From Patellaria atrata CBS 101060 (taxonomy: Eukaryota), in the NCBI GenBank assembly GCA_010093705.1, contig MU006096.1, positions 766,004 to 830,003 of the forward strand: a stretch of DNA of 64,000 bases, read 5' to 3'. Position numbers and translations under genes: made by a program. Of this stretch, positions 37,330 to 49,021 are shown one piece after another. The first letter of the stretch is position 1. Each line of letters begins with the position of its first letter. Under the pieces are notes generated by a model. It made no database searches, was not told the origin of the DNA, and saw nothing but the letters and a program-made list of their open reading frames with translations.

Positions 37330-39018
37330 ATGGCTACCAATGGAGAACTACCAATTGAACCCCATAAAACCTTCGACACTATCTTGGTGCTCGATTTCGG
37401 CTCGCAGTACACACATCTGATCACTCGACGCTTGCGAGAGCTCAATGTCTACTGTGAGATGCTTCCATGCACCCAGAAGGTAGCCGATCTTCCTTTCAAA
37501 CCAAAGGGCGTCATCCTGTCTGGAGGTCCTTATTCCGTATATTGGGATGATGCCCCACACGTGGATCCTGCCGTATTCGACTTGAATGTGCCTTTACTGG
37601 GGATTTGCTACGGCCTACAGGAGATTGCTTGGCACCATGGAAAGAACGTGCTTGCAGGCGAAAAGCGTGAGTACGGTCATGCTTACCTCAAGATCGAAAG
37701 GCATACTGGAAAGGAAGCACACATCGAGAGATTATTTCAGGATTTACAGGATGACATGGAAGTTTGGATGTCTCATGGGGACAAACTATCACATCTTCCA
37801 GACTCATTTGTCACCATTGCTACCACTAACAATGCACCATTCGCGGGAATTGCGCATACGAAGAAAGATTACTATGGCATTCAATTCCACCCAGAAGTTA
37901 CCCACACTAAGGGCGGTACAGTCCTACTCAAGAACTTCGCCGTGGACATTTGCAAGGCAAAACAAGACTGGACTATGGGCAAATTTGTTGATCAAGAAAT
38001 CGCTCGAATTAGAGCGTTAGTTGGTGAGAAGGGCCAGGTGATAGGCGCTGTAAGTGGTGGGGTAGACTCTACGGTGGCAGCCAAATTGATGAAGGAAGCA
38101 ATTGGCGATCGTTTCCACGCTGTCCTGGTCGATAACGGTGTCTTACGACTCAACGAAGCTGAAACCGTCAAGAAAACACTGGGCGAGCATCTGGGCATCA
38201 ATTTGACTGTAGTAGATGCCAGTGAGCTGTTTCTGGGGCGCCTTAAAGGGGTAACGGATGATCCAGAAAAGAAACGTAAAATCATTGGCAATACTTTTAT
38301 TGAAGTCTTCCAGGATGAAGCTAAAAAGATAGCAAAAGCTGCGGCGAATTCACCGATGGCCGGGGAGATTGAATGGTTGTTACAAGGAACGCTCTATCCC
38401 GACGTGATCGAGAGTATTTCTTTCAAAGGACCTAGCCAAACAATTAAGACTCACCATAACGTTGGAGGGCTCTTGAAAGGAATGCATCTGAAGCTTATTG
38501 AGCCTCTGAGAGAACTTTTCAAGGACGAAGTTCGAGCATTAGGTGCCAATCTTGGTATTCCAGAAAATCTTATCTGGCGTCACCCCTTTCCCGGCCCAGG
38601 GATAGCAATTCGTATTCTTGGTGAGGTGACACCAGAGCAAGTCCGAATCGCCAGAGAAGCGGACTACATCTTTATTGAAGAAATCCAAGCCGCGGGGCTT
38701 TACAGGAAGATATCTCAAGCTTTTGCTGCTTTGCTTCCAGTTAAAGCTGTCGGTGTTATGGGAGATAAGCGCGTACATGATCAGATAATCGCTCTCCGAG
38801 CAGTTGAGACAAGTGACTTTATGACCGCTGATTGGTATCCCTTTGACGGGGAATTCTTGAAGCGCGTGAGCAGAAGAATCGTAAATGAGGTCACTGGTGT
38901 CTGTCGTGTTGTTTACGATGGTGAGCCAAATCCCTCAACCCCTCAAACGTCTAATTTGAACGAAACTAATTATTTGCTAGTTACGAGCAAGCCACCAGGT
39001 ACCATCGAGATGGAGTAA
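37330..39018 (+). CDS. GUA1: GMP synthase (glutamine-hydrolysing); 60-nt intron 38921-38980
   Basis: [44 protein letters not shown], and [15 protein letters not shown] after splicing. Confidence 0.97.
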   Translation: MATNGELPIEPHKTFDTILVLDFGSQYTHLITRRLRELNVYCEMLPCTQKVADLPFKPKGVILSGGPYSVYWDDAPHVDPAVFDLNVPLLGICYGLQEIAWHHGKNVLAGEKREYGHAYLKIERHTGKEAHIERLFQDLQDDMEVWMSHGDKLSHLPDSFVTIATTNNAPFAGIAHTKKDYYGIQFHPEVTHTKGGTVLLKNFAVDICKAKQDWTMGKFVDQEIARIRALVGEKGQVIGAVSGGVDSTVAAKLMKEAIGDRFHAVLVDNGVLRLNEAETVKKTLGEHLGINLTVVDASELFLGRLKGVTDDPEKKRKIIGNTFIEVFQDEAKKIAKAAANSPMAGEIEWLLQGTLYPDVIESISFKGPSQTIKTHHNVGGLLKGMHLKLIEPLRELFKDEVRALGANLGIPENLIWRHPFPGPGIAIRILGEVTPEQVRIAREADYIFIEEIQAAGLYRKISQAFAALLPVKAVGVMGDKRVHDQIIALRAVETSDFMTADWYPFDGEFLKRVSRRIVNEVTGVCRVVYDGEPNPSTPQTSNLNETNYLLVTSKPPGTIEME

Positions 39019-39785
39019 GCTGAGAAACGTGAACTGAGAGATGGGATAGAGATTTCTCCTTATTTTCTGTATCCTCGCATTATGGTTGATACGGGATAGA
39101 ACGGGACGTGAATATGAAAGTAGAGATGATACCCCAACTAGAATAATGATTCAATGATTCAATGAAGCAAAGGACATCGTTTGATGTTCTAGCATAAACA
39201 GAAACTGTACGTACGGTACTTGTTACGTTGAAAAGGGGGTAAGATGGAATGAAACTGATCCCGCACGTACCTCCTCCCGACTTATCGATAAGGTTAAGGT
39301 ACTGAGCCCCTCTATGAGCAGTTCCAGCTTCCATTTTATTGTTTCTTTCCACCCCGCTACAGATATGAAGAAAATGGAACCTTAATGGGGCTGAGCATGG
39401 ACTGAAATCGTGTAAATGGTTACCGAATGGATTTTATTTTCTTTTTTTCTGGCTGTCTATATTGACAGTGCAAACTCGTAAGGTATCTCTATGCCAAGCT
39501 TTCAGAATTATTGAACATCTTGCAAGTTGCAACGGAGGGTTTATATTACCTACCGCACAGACCATACAAATCCAAAACTCCAGATCATCATATTCAGTGA
39601 CTCTTCACTTTAGACCGGCAACTTTGGCGTCCATTTTTTGCATCTCCAAAATAAGTTTGTCTTGTAGCTAACCTCGATTCCAGTCGATCATCTGAGCTAC
39701 TAAACAACCATAATTCCTTGAGTCGAACTCCATCAAGGCACATCGCCAGTTCGAACTTGACCCGAAAAGTATTCAAGTGACAAAT

Positions 39786-41804
39786 ATGGAGAACCAAGAC
39801 ACCCCAGTACCCGTTCCAATTCCGGAAGATCAACCAAAGGCTGCGGAACAAGTCATCGATCCTTGGAATGTCTCTGGTGCAGTTGGAGAAGATGGAAAAA
39901 TCAAGCCCATCGGTATGTGATTGTCTAAGTACTAGTTGTGCTATTTAACACTAGGACCGTCCCATGTTTATATACATAACTACCCAGCACGTCTCCTATT
40001 CGGAATGTGTAAATGCTTGAAAATGCGATGTTTATTTTCAACGTATATATTATAATAACATAAGACAGACTATGTAAAGCTAGTCGAACAATTCGGCACG
40101 AAGCTCATTGATGACGCTTTGCTTGAGAGGTTCGAACGGGTTACAGGCCAGAAGCCCCACAGATTCCTGAGGAGGCAAATCGCATTCTCACATCGTGATC
40201 TGGAAGTCATTCTAGATAAGTATGAGAAGAAGGAGCCGTTCTTCATCTATACGGGCCGTGGACCAAGCAGCACTTCTATGCACATAGTCAGTACCACACG
40301 CAAGGACTCGTAAACTTATCTAACAGAACCAGGGACACATAGTTCCATTCGAGTTGACACGCTATTTGAGTGATGTATTCCAAGCGCCCCTTGTAATCAT
40401 GCTGTTAGTAAACCTCCTCTTACGATAGTTGTACAAGTACAAATGCTAATCTTCCACCATCTAGGACTGATGGAAAGTATCCTCTCACTCGCAACGTAGG
40501 TTTTGACTAACTGTCTTCAGACGAAAAGTACCTCATTGGCAAGAACGATCTGGATGTGGAAGAGTATGAACAGTTTGCCCGAGAAAATGCAAAGGACATT
40601 ATTGCATGTGGCTTCGATATAGATAGGACTTTTATCTTTTCGGACTATGGGTACATGGGTGGCGACCTCTACCGAAACATCACTCGGATATCGAAGAGAA
40701 TCACACGAGCTACTGCAGATTCTTGCTTTGGTTTTACATCTAGCACCAACATAGGAAAGGTATACTCTACTCTAGAGAAATATTTTCCCACTATCTCAGT
40801 CCTCGCCAACTGTTTTTTGTTAGGTACACTTCGCCGCCATTCAAGCGGCCACTTCGTTCGGATCTTCTTTCCCTGAAATCTTCGGCACCAACAAGGCACA
40901 GACAGCGAAGATACCATGCCTGATCCCTTGCGCCATAGAGTAAGTAAAACTTGCTACATTATTCTTATTTAAGTCTCATATCTAATCTCACTCTTAGTCA
41001 GGATCCATATTTCCGCTGTAAGTATGACGTTTGGAGTTATTCTTCCCATTCTGAAAATCTATAGTGACCCGTGATGTTGCTTCGCAACTGAATTACTCAA
41101 AACCGTCTCTTATTCACGCAAGGTTTTTGGATGCATTGCAGGGTCCAGGTTCAAAGATGTCTGCTTCGATTGATTCTAGCTCTATCAAGTTGACGGACAC
41201 CCCGAAACAGATTCTGAAAAAAATCACTACCTATGCTTTTTCTGGGGGTAAGGAGACATTAGAAGAACATCGAGAGAAAGGGGGCAATCCAGACATTGAT
41301 GTTCCTTACAACTATCTCAAGTTCTTCCTTGAGGTTCGTTCACTACGCCGTCAAGGAAGCCGTCGCTAATGTCCATTGCAGGATGACGATGAGTTAGCCC
41401 AGATTTACACAGATTATAAGAAAGGAACGATGCTCACCAGCGAGATCAAAAAGAAGTGTGCAGACGTGGTCTCTACCTTTGTAACCGACTTCCAGGGTCG
41501 CCGCGCCAAGATAACCGACGAGATGCTGGACGAGTTCATGAAACCCAGAGCACTAAAGGTTCATGGGCAGCTTTCCAATACTATTCTACCTATTGTAGGT
41601 GGCAAGAGTACGGCAGGGAAAGTTCCTGTAGCGGATCCGAACTCGAAAGCGCAGGCAAAGAAGGCAGAGAAGTTGCGCCAGATTGAAGCAAAAAAGGCGC
41701 AAAAGGCAAAGGAAAAGGAAGAAAAGGAGAAAGCTGCGAAGGGACATATAGTAACTTCAACAGAGAGTGCTCCGATGCCGAATCCAGATAACAGCACGAG
41801 CTAG
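39786..41804 (+). CDS. WRS1: Cytoplasmic tryptophanyl-tRNA synthetase (~9 exons, including 8-nt and 20-nt microexons)
   Basis: [40 protein letters not shown] and AFSGG are recovered after splicing. Confidence 0.93.
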
Positions 41805-42341
41805 ACCATAGAGTAGAATAATGTTCAACCCCTATTTCCACCGAAAGTTATAACCTTAACGCTACCATTCCTGGCCTAGATGGAAGGCCAGCATAGCAAA
41901 TACTCAGATTATTCAGCATCAAATACTTTCGATATCAGTCACTGACTCATTACATACCTCAACAGTTTATGCCAGCATGAACAGATTTTGATAAATCTTT
42001 GCCCCTGAAGTGGGAAAATAAGAATTTCAGTTTCAGATGCATGATAAGGCGCACCTTTGGACAAAAGGATGACGCTTGAAGATGTAATAAAGAATAAGCC
42101 GGTCCTTTAATCAATCTGTAAGGAGACGTTCGTGCTGACGGCGGGGCTGTGGGGGGTGCATTTAGCACTACGTCATCAGCCTCTCATTACCATCCAAACA
42201 CTTTTTAAGCCGCAAAAACTCCTTTTAACAATTCACAACTTCAATTCTCACAATTGAAAATCAAAACAAATTTAACTTTAACCCTGATCCTTAAGTATAT
42301 CAATACCACATTCATCAAAACTCTCATCTAAATCCATCAAA

Positions 42342-42824
42342 ATGTCCGGAAACTCCAACGTCGGAAGCAGAGCCCTCTACGAGGCAGGCGATCAGGTACC
42401 TACCTTCTCATCTCTTACAGTATATGACTAGTGGACAACTAACTCGTTCTCCTCACACAGCGTAACTACGCCAACGACGAGATCAACAACGCCGAACGCT
42501 TCAAAGAAGGCAAGCCCAACAGCCACCTCGCCAACGACTCAAGTATATACCCTCCCATCCCCTCCTACACAACCTTCGTCATCCGACAACAGCTAATACA
42601 TCACAGAGGATTCCCGCACGATAGCCAACAAGCTCGCGCGCGAAGAGCAGCGCGAGGACGAGAGCGAGGAGAAGAGTCTAGAGCAGCAACAGCGCGAGAA
42701 GGACGCGACGCTGCCGGCGAGAGCGCACGGGAACGAGCCATCCCGGGGTGCGGTTATCGATCAGGAGTTGAGGGAAGATGAGGAGGAGATGATGAAGAAG
42801 AAGGGGAGTTTTGGGCCGAAGTAG
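42342..42824 (+). CDS. Small hydrophilic fungal protein, 117 aa (exons 42342-42395, 42461-42542, 42607-42824)
   Basis: Two canonical introns with branch points give an open frame: MSGNSNVGSRALYEAGDQRN...DSRTIANKLA...DATLPARAHGNEPSRGAVID. Not in the ORF track. Confidence 0.85.
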
Positions 42825-43012
42825 GGGAGTTTGATATTATACTCTTCGCAGGGGGAGTGCGTATAGATGCTTCGTGAGTAATACTCATGATTGGACATAA
42901 GTATCCTGTCGTAGAATCTAGATCAAATGGAAGTGATTAGTTCTTCACTTTGGTGCTCTTGTTCATGATGCGTGTTTATGTAGTAACAGATCGTCTATAT
43001 ACAATCTACATC

Positions 43013-44149
43013 TTACTGTATGGCCTTTCTGTACATGGCCCCTCCAGCACCTGCCTAGGCACTTATTAGTACGATACTCATGTATTTCTGTGCATCACGG
43101 TCGCGGCAGCCTTCACCAAGGTTAGCAGGCCGTCAGGTCCACAAAGAGGGGAAACCTACCTGATGGTTCGGGAAAACCAGTGTATCCGCAACGACCACAT
43201 TCTCCCTCCTACCCGCCGCAAACACAACAACCTCCGCGATATCATCTGGCGTCAGGGGTTCACACCCCTCATAAACCTTATCCGCCTTGCTCTTATCCCC
43301 ATAAAACCTCACGACGCTGAACTCCGTCTCGACCTGTCCCGGATCGATCTCAATGACCCTGATCCTCGTGGCGATGAGTTCGCGGCGGAGGGCGTCGGTG
43401 AAGGAGCGCACGGCGGCTTTGGTTGCGCAATAGATGGACCCGCTCTGGTAGGGTTCCCGGCCAGCGATGCTGCCGATGTTGATGATGTCGCCGGAATGGG
43501 GGGCTGGGCGGGATTTGAAGACGGAGAGGACGGCTTGCGTCATGTTTATTAGGCCGGTTACGTTGGTCGAGAACATGGTGTTGATGTCTTCGCGGGCGAT
43601 GGAGGGGGCTTGGGCGACGCCTTTGACGAGACCACTGTTGAGGGAGAGACGGGTTAGCGTACTTGTATCTATTTGGTGCTTCTGGGCTTTGCGTGTTGGG
43701 GATATGAGTTCCTACGCATTGTTCACGAGTATGTTGATGTCTTTGAAGTCTTCGGGTAGGTTTGGGATGAAGGCATCCACTTCCTCTGGGTTGCTGACGT
43801 CGAGTTTGACTGGGAGGACCTTAACGCCAACCCCGACCTCCTTGTTGATCTCCTCTACTATCTGCTTCAGTGTGTCGATGCGCCGTGCCGTAAGGATGAG
43901 TTTCAGGTTCTCAGGTGCTGTTCGTGCAAATTGGAAAGCGGTACTTTTGCCTATGCCAGATGAAGCACCAGTAATAACAATCGTCTTGCCCTCGAGCCGT
44001 TTCGATATCGCTGTGCTCATTGTGCGGCTGATAGTGAAGTGTCTGAGGGGTTGTGAGTACGGAAGGAGTAAGGAGCTATGAGCTTGAGTTCGTCGGATAA
44101 GGGCGCTGATGGTTCGGGAAAAGATGTGGGTGCGGTGGAGGAAGGGCAT
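43013..44149 (-). CDS. NADP-dependent short-chain dehydrogenase (YMR226C/YdfG-like 3-hydroxy acid dehydrogenase)
   Basis: TGASSGIG, LVNNAG, NIGSIAG, YCATK, PGQVETEFS. Two in-frame ATGs (44149, 44020) and two candidate last exons. Confidence 0.92.
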
Positions 44150-45542
44150 ACGAGGATTTATATTAACTATAACTTGTCTTTTATGTACAATTGGCGACGC
44201 AGTCGCGCTGTGCTGGTAGTGATGCTGGATGTCGTGATTTGAATGATGCGGCGATATGGGCGGGGCTTTGAATTGCCGTTTTGGTGGAACATCCACCCGA
44301 TGGGCCGATTGGTCTAAACCGTGATGGGACGGAACCGGGGTATGCGAGGTTATTATCACCTCTTACGTCCATTTCCAGACGATATCCTCCTTTTCGCTTC
44401 GTATAAATCACCTTTTCCATAGGTTCTCGTGTGTATGATTGCGCGAAACATTTGTAGATGAGTAATGGGCAGGGTTTGCTTCGCTTTGCTCAGTTACCGG
44501 TTGTGGATTCGACGAACAAGTGCGAGGATACCATAACTGTTATTGCATCGGGAGAACCCATCGTGGAAGTTGATGGAACAAGCAAAAGAGAGAAACGGGA
44601 GTATTTTAAATCTTCTTATATACCATGTCATTCGCATACATTCATATAGTTGGTCGTTCTCTATCGAAGCAGGATGAAGACACTCCCATCAGATCTCCCA
44701 TCAAGTAGTCAACGAAATGTTTACTATGGAACAATCATAACTTCTTTCTAAGATTTAATATTCTCGACTCCTTTATTCTTTGAAAGTCACTTTTTTCCTG
44801 TTATACAACTTAGAAAACACGTAGTATGGAAGGATTACTCGAAGACGCCTCATTCCTTAAGTCCTATCAACCGTTGGTCCGGTTTAAAGACGTCGGTGTA
44901 GGCCCCCGATGATAATATATGAACAGACTATAAATTCTGACTTTAAATTTATATATATATAACGAAGTTGTTGGCTATATGGGGCGTATTGATGTGAGAA
45001 ATGTGTTCAGCGCAATAGGGCTGGCGATAAGGCACAGTTCAGGTTTTAACGGCTCCGTTCCTCATTCCAGATTCGCAGCAGAATGGTTCAAAATGGTAGT
45101 TAGTAGGACCCCCATGACTTGGTCAAAACTGGAATCAGCTAAACCGTTCTAGAGTAATGTGAATTGGAAGTAACTGCGGCTCCAGTCAGGTATACAGTAA
45201 GAGAACGAAATGGTTGGCAAGCGCGTGAGCCCCGCTTGGTTTCAAAGGTTACGTCCCGGCCAGGTACAATGTAGTTGTTAAGAAAATCCACGTGCAAGCG
45301 CTTTGATGCGTTGGACCTTGTGAAGACATTGTGAAGACGCATTTGACGGATATTCGAAGCCTCCGAGAATAATACGGCGACTCCTGCACCCTCTCTTTTA
45401 CTCGTCTTTCGCACCTGCTACGCACTTCTCTTTAACATTTTCGACATTGTTGACAGCTCGCAATCTCGAACATACCAACATAACTACTTCCATCATTCCC
45501 ATACTTTTGAATACCGCGGCGATATCGTTACCTGAAGCAACA

Positions 45543-47576
45543 ATGCATCAATCCAGGATCTCCTCTATTATGCCAGCTCATCCTGATCTTGCCGCATCTG
45601 ATGAGAGTAGCCTGCCATCCGTGTCATATATTACTTCTGATGATGAGGGAAGCTACAACAATTTTTCTTCAAGCAACACCTCTTACGAAGACTTCGACGA
45701 CGTCAAAAAAGACGATCTCACTCCTGCCGACTTTTATAAGATCATGGGCTATCTCTCTCTTGCCGGTTACGAGATCGTCCCGAAAGTTCATCTTCCTGTC
45801 GCAATCGCGTCATTGGACCTCGCAATTCTTGACTACCTTGTCAGATATCAACATTCTGAGGCAACCGAATTTATTAACGAGCGCGACACTATTCCGATTG
45901 CATTTTCAGACGTTGTTCAATCACATAAAGGGAAGTCCGCAGATATAGCGACTCACGGTGTAACTCCAAAGCACGAGTTCCCTTCCACTATTGACGTCAG
46001 TTCTTCGAAAGATACCTCTCCCAAAATTTCATGGGCTGAAGTTGATGACCTTGATGATGATGAGTGGCTAACATATGCGCTTACCCCTCGCTGGGCCGAA
46101 GCTAATTCTTCCGACAGAGCTGTTGTTAAAGACGAAGCAAACACTAATCAAGAAGGAGCCCCCAATGCAGATGCGACTGATGAGAACGGAGCAACTGATG
46201 AGACAGAAGCAACTGACGAGGAAGAACTAACTGTTGAGGAGGAAACCATTGCTACGGTCCTACCCTGGGATTCTTTCTATAGGCCGCATACATTGAATCC
46301 ATACGAATTCTACGGAATCGACGAAGCAGAACGTCTAAACCTAAAGTATAATGCAGACGGTCAGCGTATGAGGTTATTTGCTATAGTCAGGAAGGGTAGA
46401 AGCGAGCGAGGATTTTTCTTTCAATCTCAGTCTACCCATCAATCGCTAGAAGCGGCTCGCACTACCTTAGCTGAGGCTAGAAAGGCGATCTGGGGCGATA
46501 CATATCGAGAGCGCGAGGGAAGAGAAGCCGAACAAGCTGGTTCTACTAGTGATAGTTTTAGTCAACAAGATGAATACCATCACCAGAGCGACGAATCGAT
46601 GATCGAAAATATCTATCAGCCGAAGGAAGTCGACACATCTACTCAGTCCCCTACTACGAATGTACAATTGGAAGAAATATCCATTGATTCTTGCCCTAAC
46701 AGTGGTATTCCCCAACTCACTCTCCCCTCCCAGAAAACAAACGTCGAATACCGCGTAGATGAACGGTGCACTGTCAACGTTGATGCCATGTTTTCTTCTC
46801 GGATACGAAAGAAAACACTAAATTTCACAGTGGAGGAAGAAGAAGAAGAAGAAGCTGAGGATGAAGACACTATGGGAGGAAATACGGAAGACACTGACGA
46901 AGGAAATGAGACTACCCTTACCGGAACCCTTCCTCCAGATACTCCATCTTCGCCGTCATTTTACCCACACTATTCTGCAACATCCCCAGAGACCTGTGCA
47001 TGGATACTTAGATCTGGCTATGGTGCAATTGACCTAGCTCCTGTTGTAAAGGACATTAGTACGCAGGATCCAAGCACTCCTGACGCTCCCCGACGGTATT
47101 CTTTGTTAACCGCCGCGTTTAATACCCTCTACGGATTCGAAGGGATCGAAGAATCTCCACTCCCATCCGGAGCCTATTGCAGGAAGTGGGCTACAGACCC
47201 ATATGCTCCCGGACAGAGCGGTGCAAAACGGGTATGGCAATATAGGAAAGGAGTTAAAGGTGTAAAAAGTGGTAGTAATTTACATCTTAACGATCTTGTT
47301 GCTCATACCCACCATTCTAATATATCTGAGCCTCTTAACGCCTTTCAATTGCGAAGGAACGAGGATGCAAAGACCGGTGAGGAGTCCATCGCCGTACAAG
47401 AAACCACTGAGGCGGAAATCCCTCATCGATTTGATACCTCGAATCAGATCAAGATACCAGGGTCCTTGTCTGACGAAGAACCGGAGCCGTGGGCATGGAC
47501 CTTAGACGTACAGGCGCTGATAGCAGATATCAGGGCGGGGTTGTGGGAGATTTTCACGGGTGGGGAGGAATTTTGA
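45543..47576 (+). CDS. Acidic low-complexity hypothetical protein
   Basis: Open frame of ~2 kb, D/E/T-rich; no recognisable domain. Confidence 0.6.
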   Translation: MHQSRISSIMPAHPDLAASDESSLPSVSYITSDDEGSYNNFSSSNTSYEDFDDVKKDDLTPADFYKIMGYLSLAGYEIVPKVHLPVAIASLDLAILDYLVRYQHSEATEFINERDTIPIAFSDVVQSHKGKSADIATHGVTPKHEFPSTIDVSSSKDTSPKISWAEVDDLDDDEWLTYALTPRWAEANSSDRAVVKDEANTNQEGAPNADATDENGATDETEATDEEELTVEEETIATVLPWDSFYRPHTLNPYEFYGIDEAERLNLKYNADGQRMRLFAIVRKGRSERGFFFQSQSTHQSLEAARTTLAEARKAIWGDTYREREGREAEQAGSTSDSFSQQDEYHHQSDESMIENIYQPKEVDTSTQSPTTNVQLEEISIDSCPNSGIPQLTLPSQKTNVEYRVDERCTVNVDAMFSSRIRKKTLNFTVEEEEEEEAEDEDTMGGNTEDTDEGNETTLTGTLPPDTPSSPSFYPHYSATSPETCAWILRSGYGAIDLAPVVKDISTQDPSTPDAPRRYSLLTAAFNTLYGFEGIEESPLPSGAYCRKWATDPYAPGQSGAKRVWQYRKGVKGVKSGSNLHLNDLVAHTHHSNISEPLNAFQLRRNEDAKTGEESIAVQETTEAEIPHRFDTSNQIKIPGSLSDEEPEPWAWTLDVQALIADIRAGLWEIFTGGEEF

Positions 47577-49021
47577 TTGGGGGTGGGCAATTTGGGTATG
47601 AGTGATGATTGAGCGCAGATTTTGCGGAGATGTACATATTTTCAACAAGCTCATGAGAACCTTCCGGGCTGTTTGCGAGACCGAGGAAATAACTAGGGTG
47701 AGGTTCTTGACGATTTGGGGTGTATAACACAGACGGGAATCAGCGTTTGATTGATATCATAGTATACTTGAATCCATCCCTTTACCCAGAAATACTCTGA
47801 AGATCGAATTCCCGATAGTTTGTTTCCGCGATTGGAAGCCAAGTTAGTGACTTACTACTGGCTACCCGCGGACCATTTGAGTTAGTTAGAGCCAAATATG
47901 TCTCTGACATCGTGATATTAGACTCTGTGTGAAGTGTTTAGTACGCTTGGGTTTACAATATGGTATCTTCGTTTATCTACTCATTTAAGTCCAGCTATCT
48001 TCACAGACCCCAGTATAGAAAGAAGTAATCAATCAGTTACATAGAAGACGTCACTTTCTGGACGTGATATCGATCATTCGTAGCTCAAAACGTATTCTTA
48101 GCCGTTGTATCAGTGTAAGTCTTTAAATATATTAGGTCTTTGCTGTTTTGTAAGAGGGGAAGTTGAAAGGGTTAATGGTCATACAGTCGACTCGTATTCG
48201 AGGATTGGGTGAACCTTGGGATTATATTCACTGGGGTTGTGGTCAATACGGTATTATTTCCGAGTATATGTTATTGGACGAGATAGAAGGATGAGCTGAA
48301 ATGAGTGATTATTGGGTGTAGAAGTTAGGAGGAAACACCCTTTTCATGGGAGAAGTCGTAGGGTGGGACCGAACAGATGACTGGTCGCGTGCTTAGACGA
48401 AGCTTTATGCTAATAATGCGTGGCGTATCTAATAAGGCATATATTATAGACCCCATCAACTAGTTCGACATTGAATGGAGTTCTAATTGTTTAGCTTCGT
48501 GGTAGAGCTAACCGAATAGAACCATTCCGGTGAAGCTATCATCAGCCTTGTGTATTCCAGAACATGATAAGATACGATCATTCCTACTTCACTTGACAAG
48601 AAATCAGTCTTTACCAAACCTTCGCACGAGGAACCTTACCTTATCTACGATAGCCGGGAACATAATTCTTAATTCTGGCTGATGGCTTAATTGGGACAAC
48701 TTTTTAATCAATTTCTTTCAGTCAAATCAGTTCGATTCCTTTCACAGTCAAATTTCGTATTTCCTATTAATCTCTTGCCCCAACACACAAGCCCACAGAG
48801 AATAAAGGTGAATCCCTCGAGGGGTTTCCTTATCCCCTCAGCAGAGGGGGTTTCCTTTTACAATTTTTTTTTTTCTTTTTCACCCCCTTCCACCTTCTTT
48901 TTTCATCTCGCAACTGTGCTCAAGCTCCATCAATTAGCTGACCGGAAAGAGATATCAATCAGCATATGTTCTCAACATTCCAATTTACGAGATCGATATC
49001 TTAGAAGAGATATTCAAAATT

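Noticed and set aside
38921..38980. 20-aa insertion (GEPNPSTPQ...) near the GMP synthase C-terminus
   Set aside because: It is a stop-free 60-nt intron (GTGAGC...ACTAAT...CTAG); splicing restores YDVTSKPP.
14749..39018. URA2 and GUA1 (plus RPO41, TrpRS) as a nucleotide-metabolism cluster
   Set aside because: Separated by unrelated genes, and I saw no shared motif; ordinary housekeeping neighbourhood.
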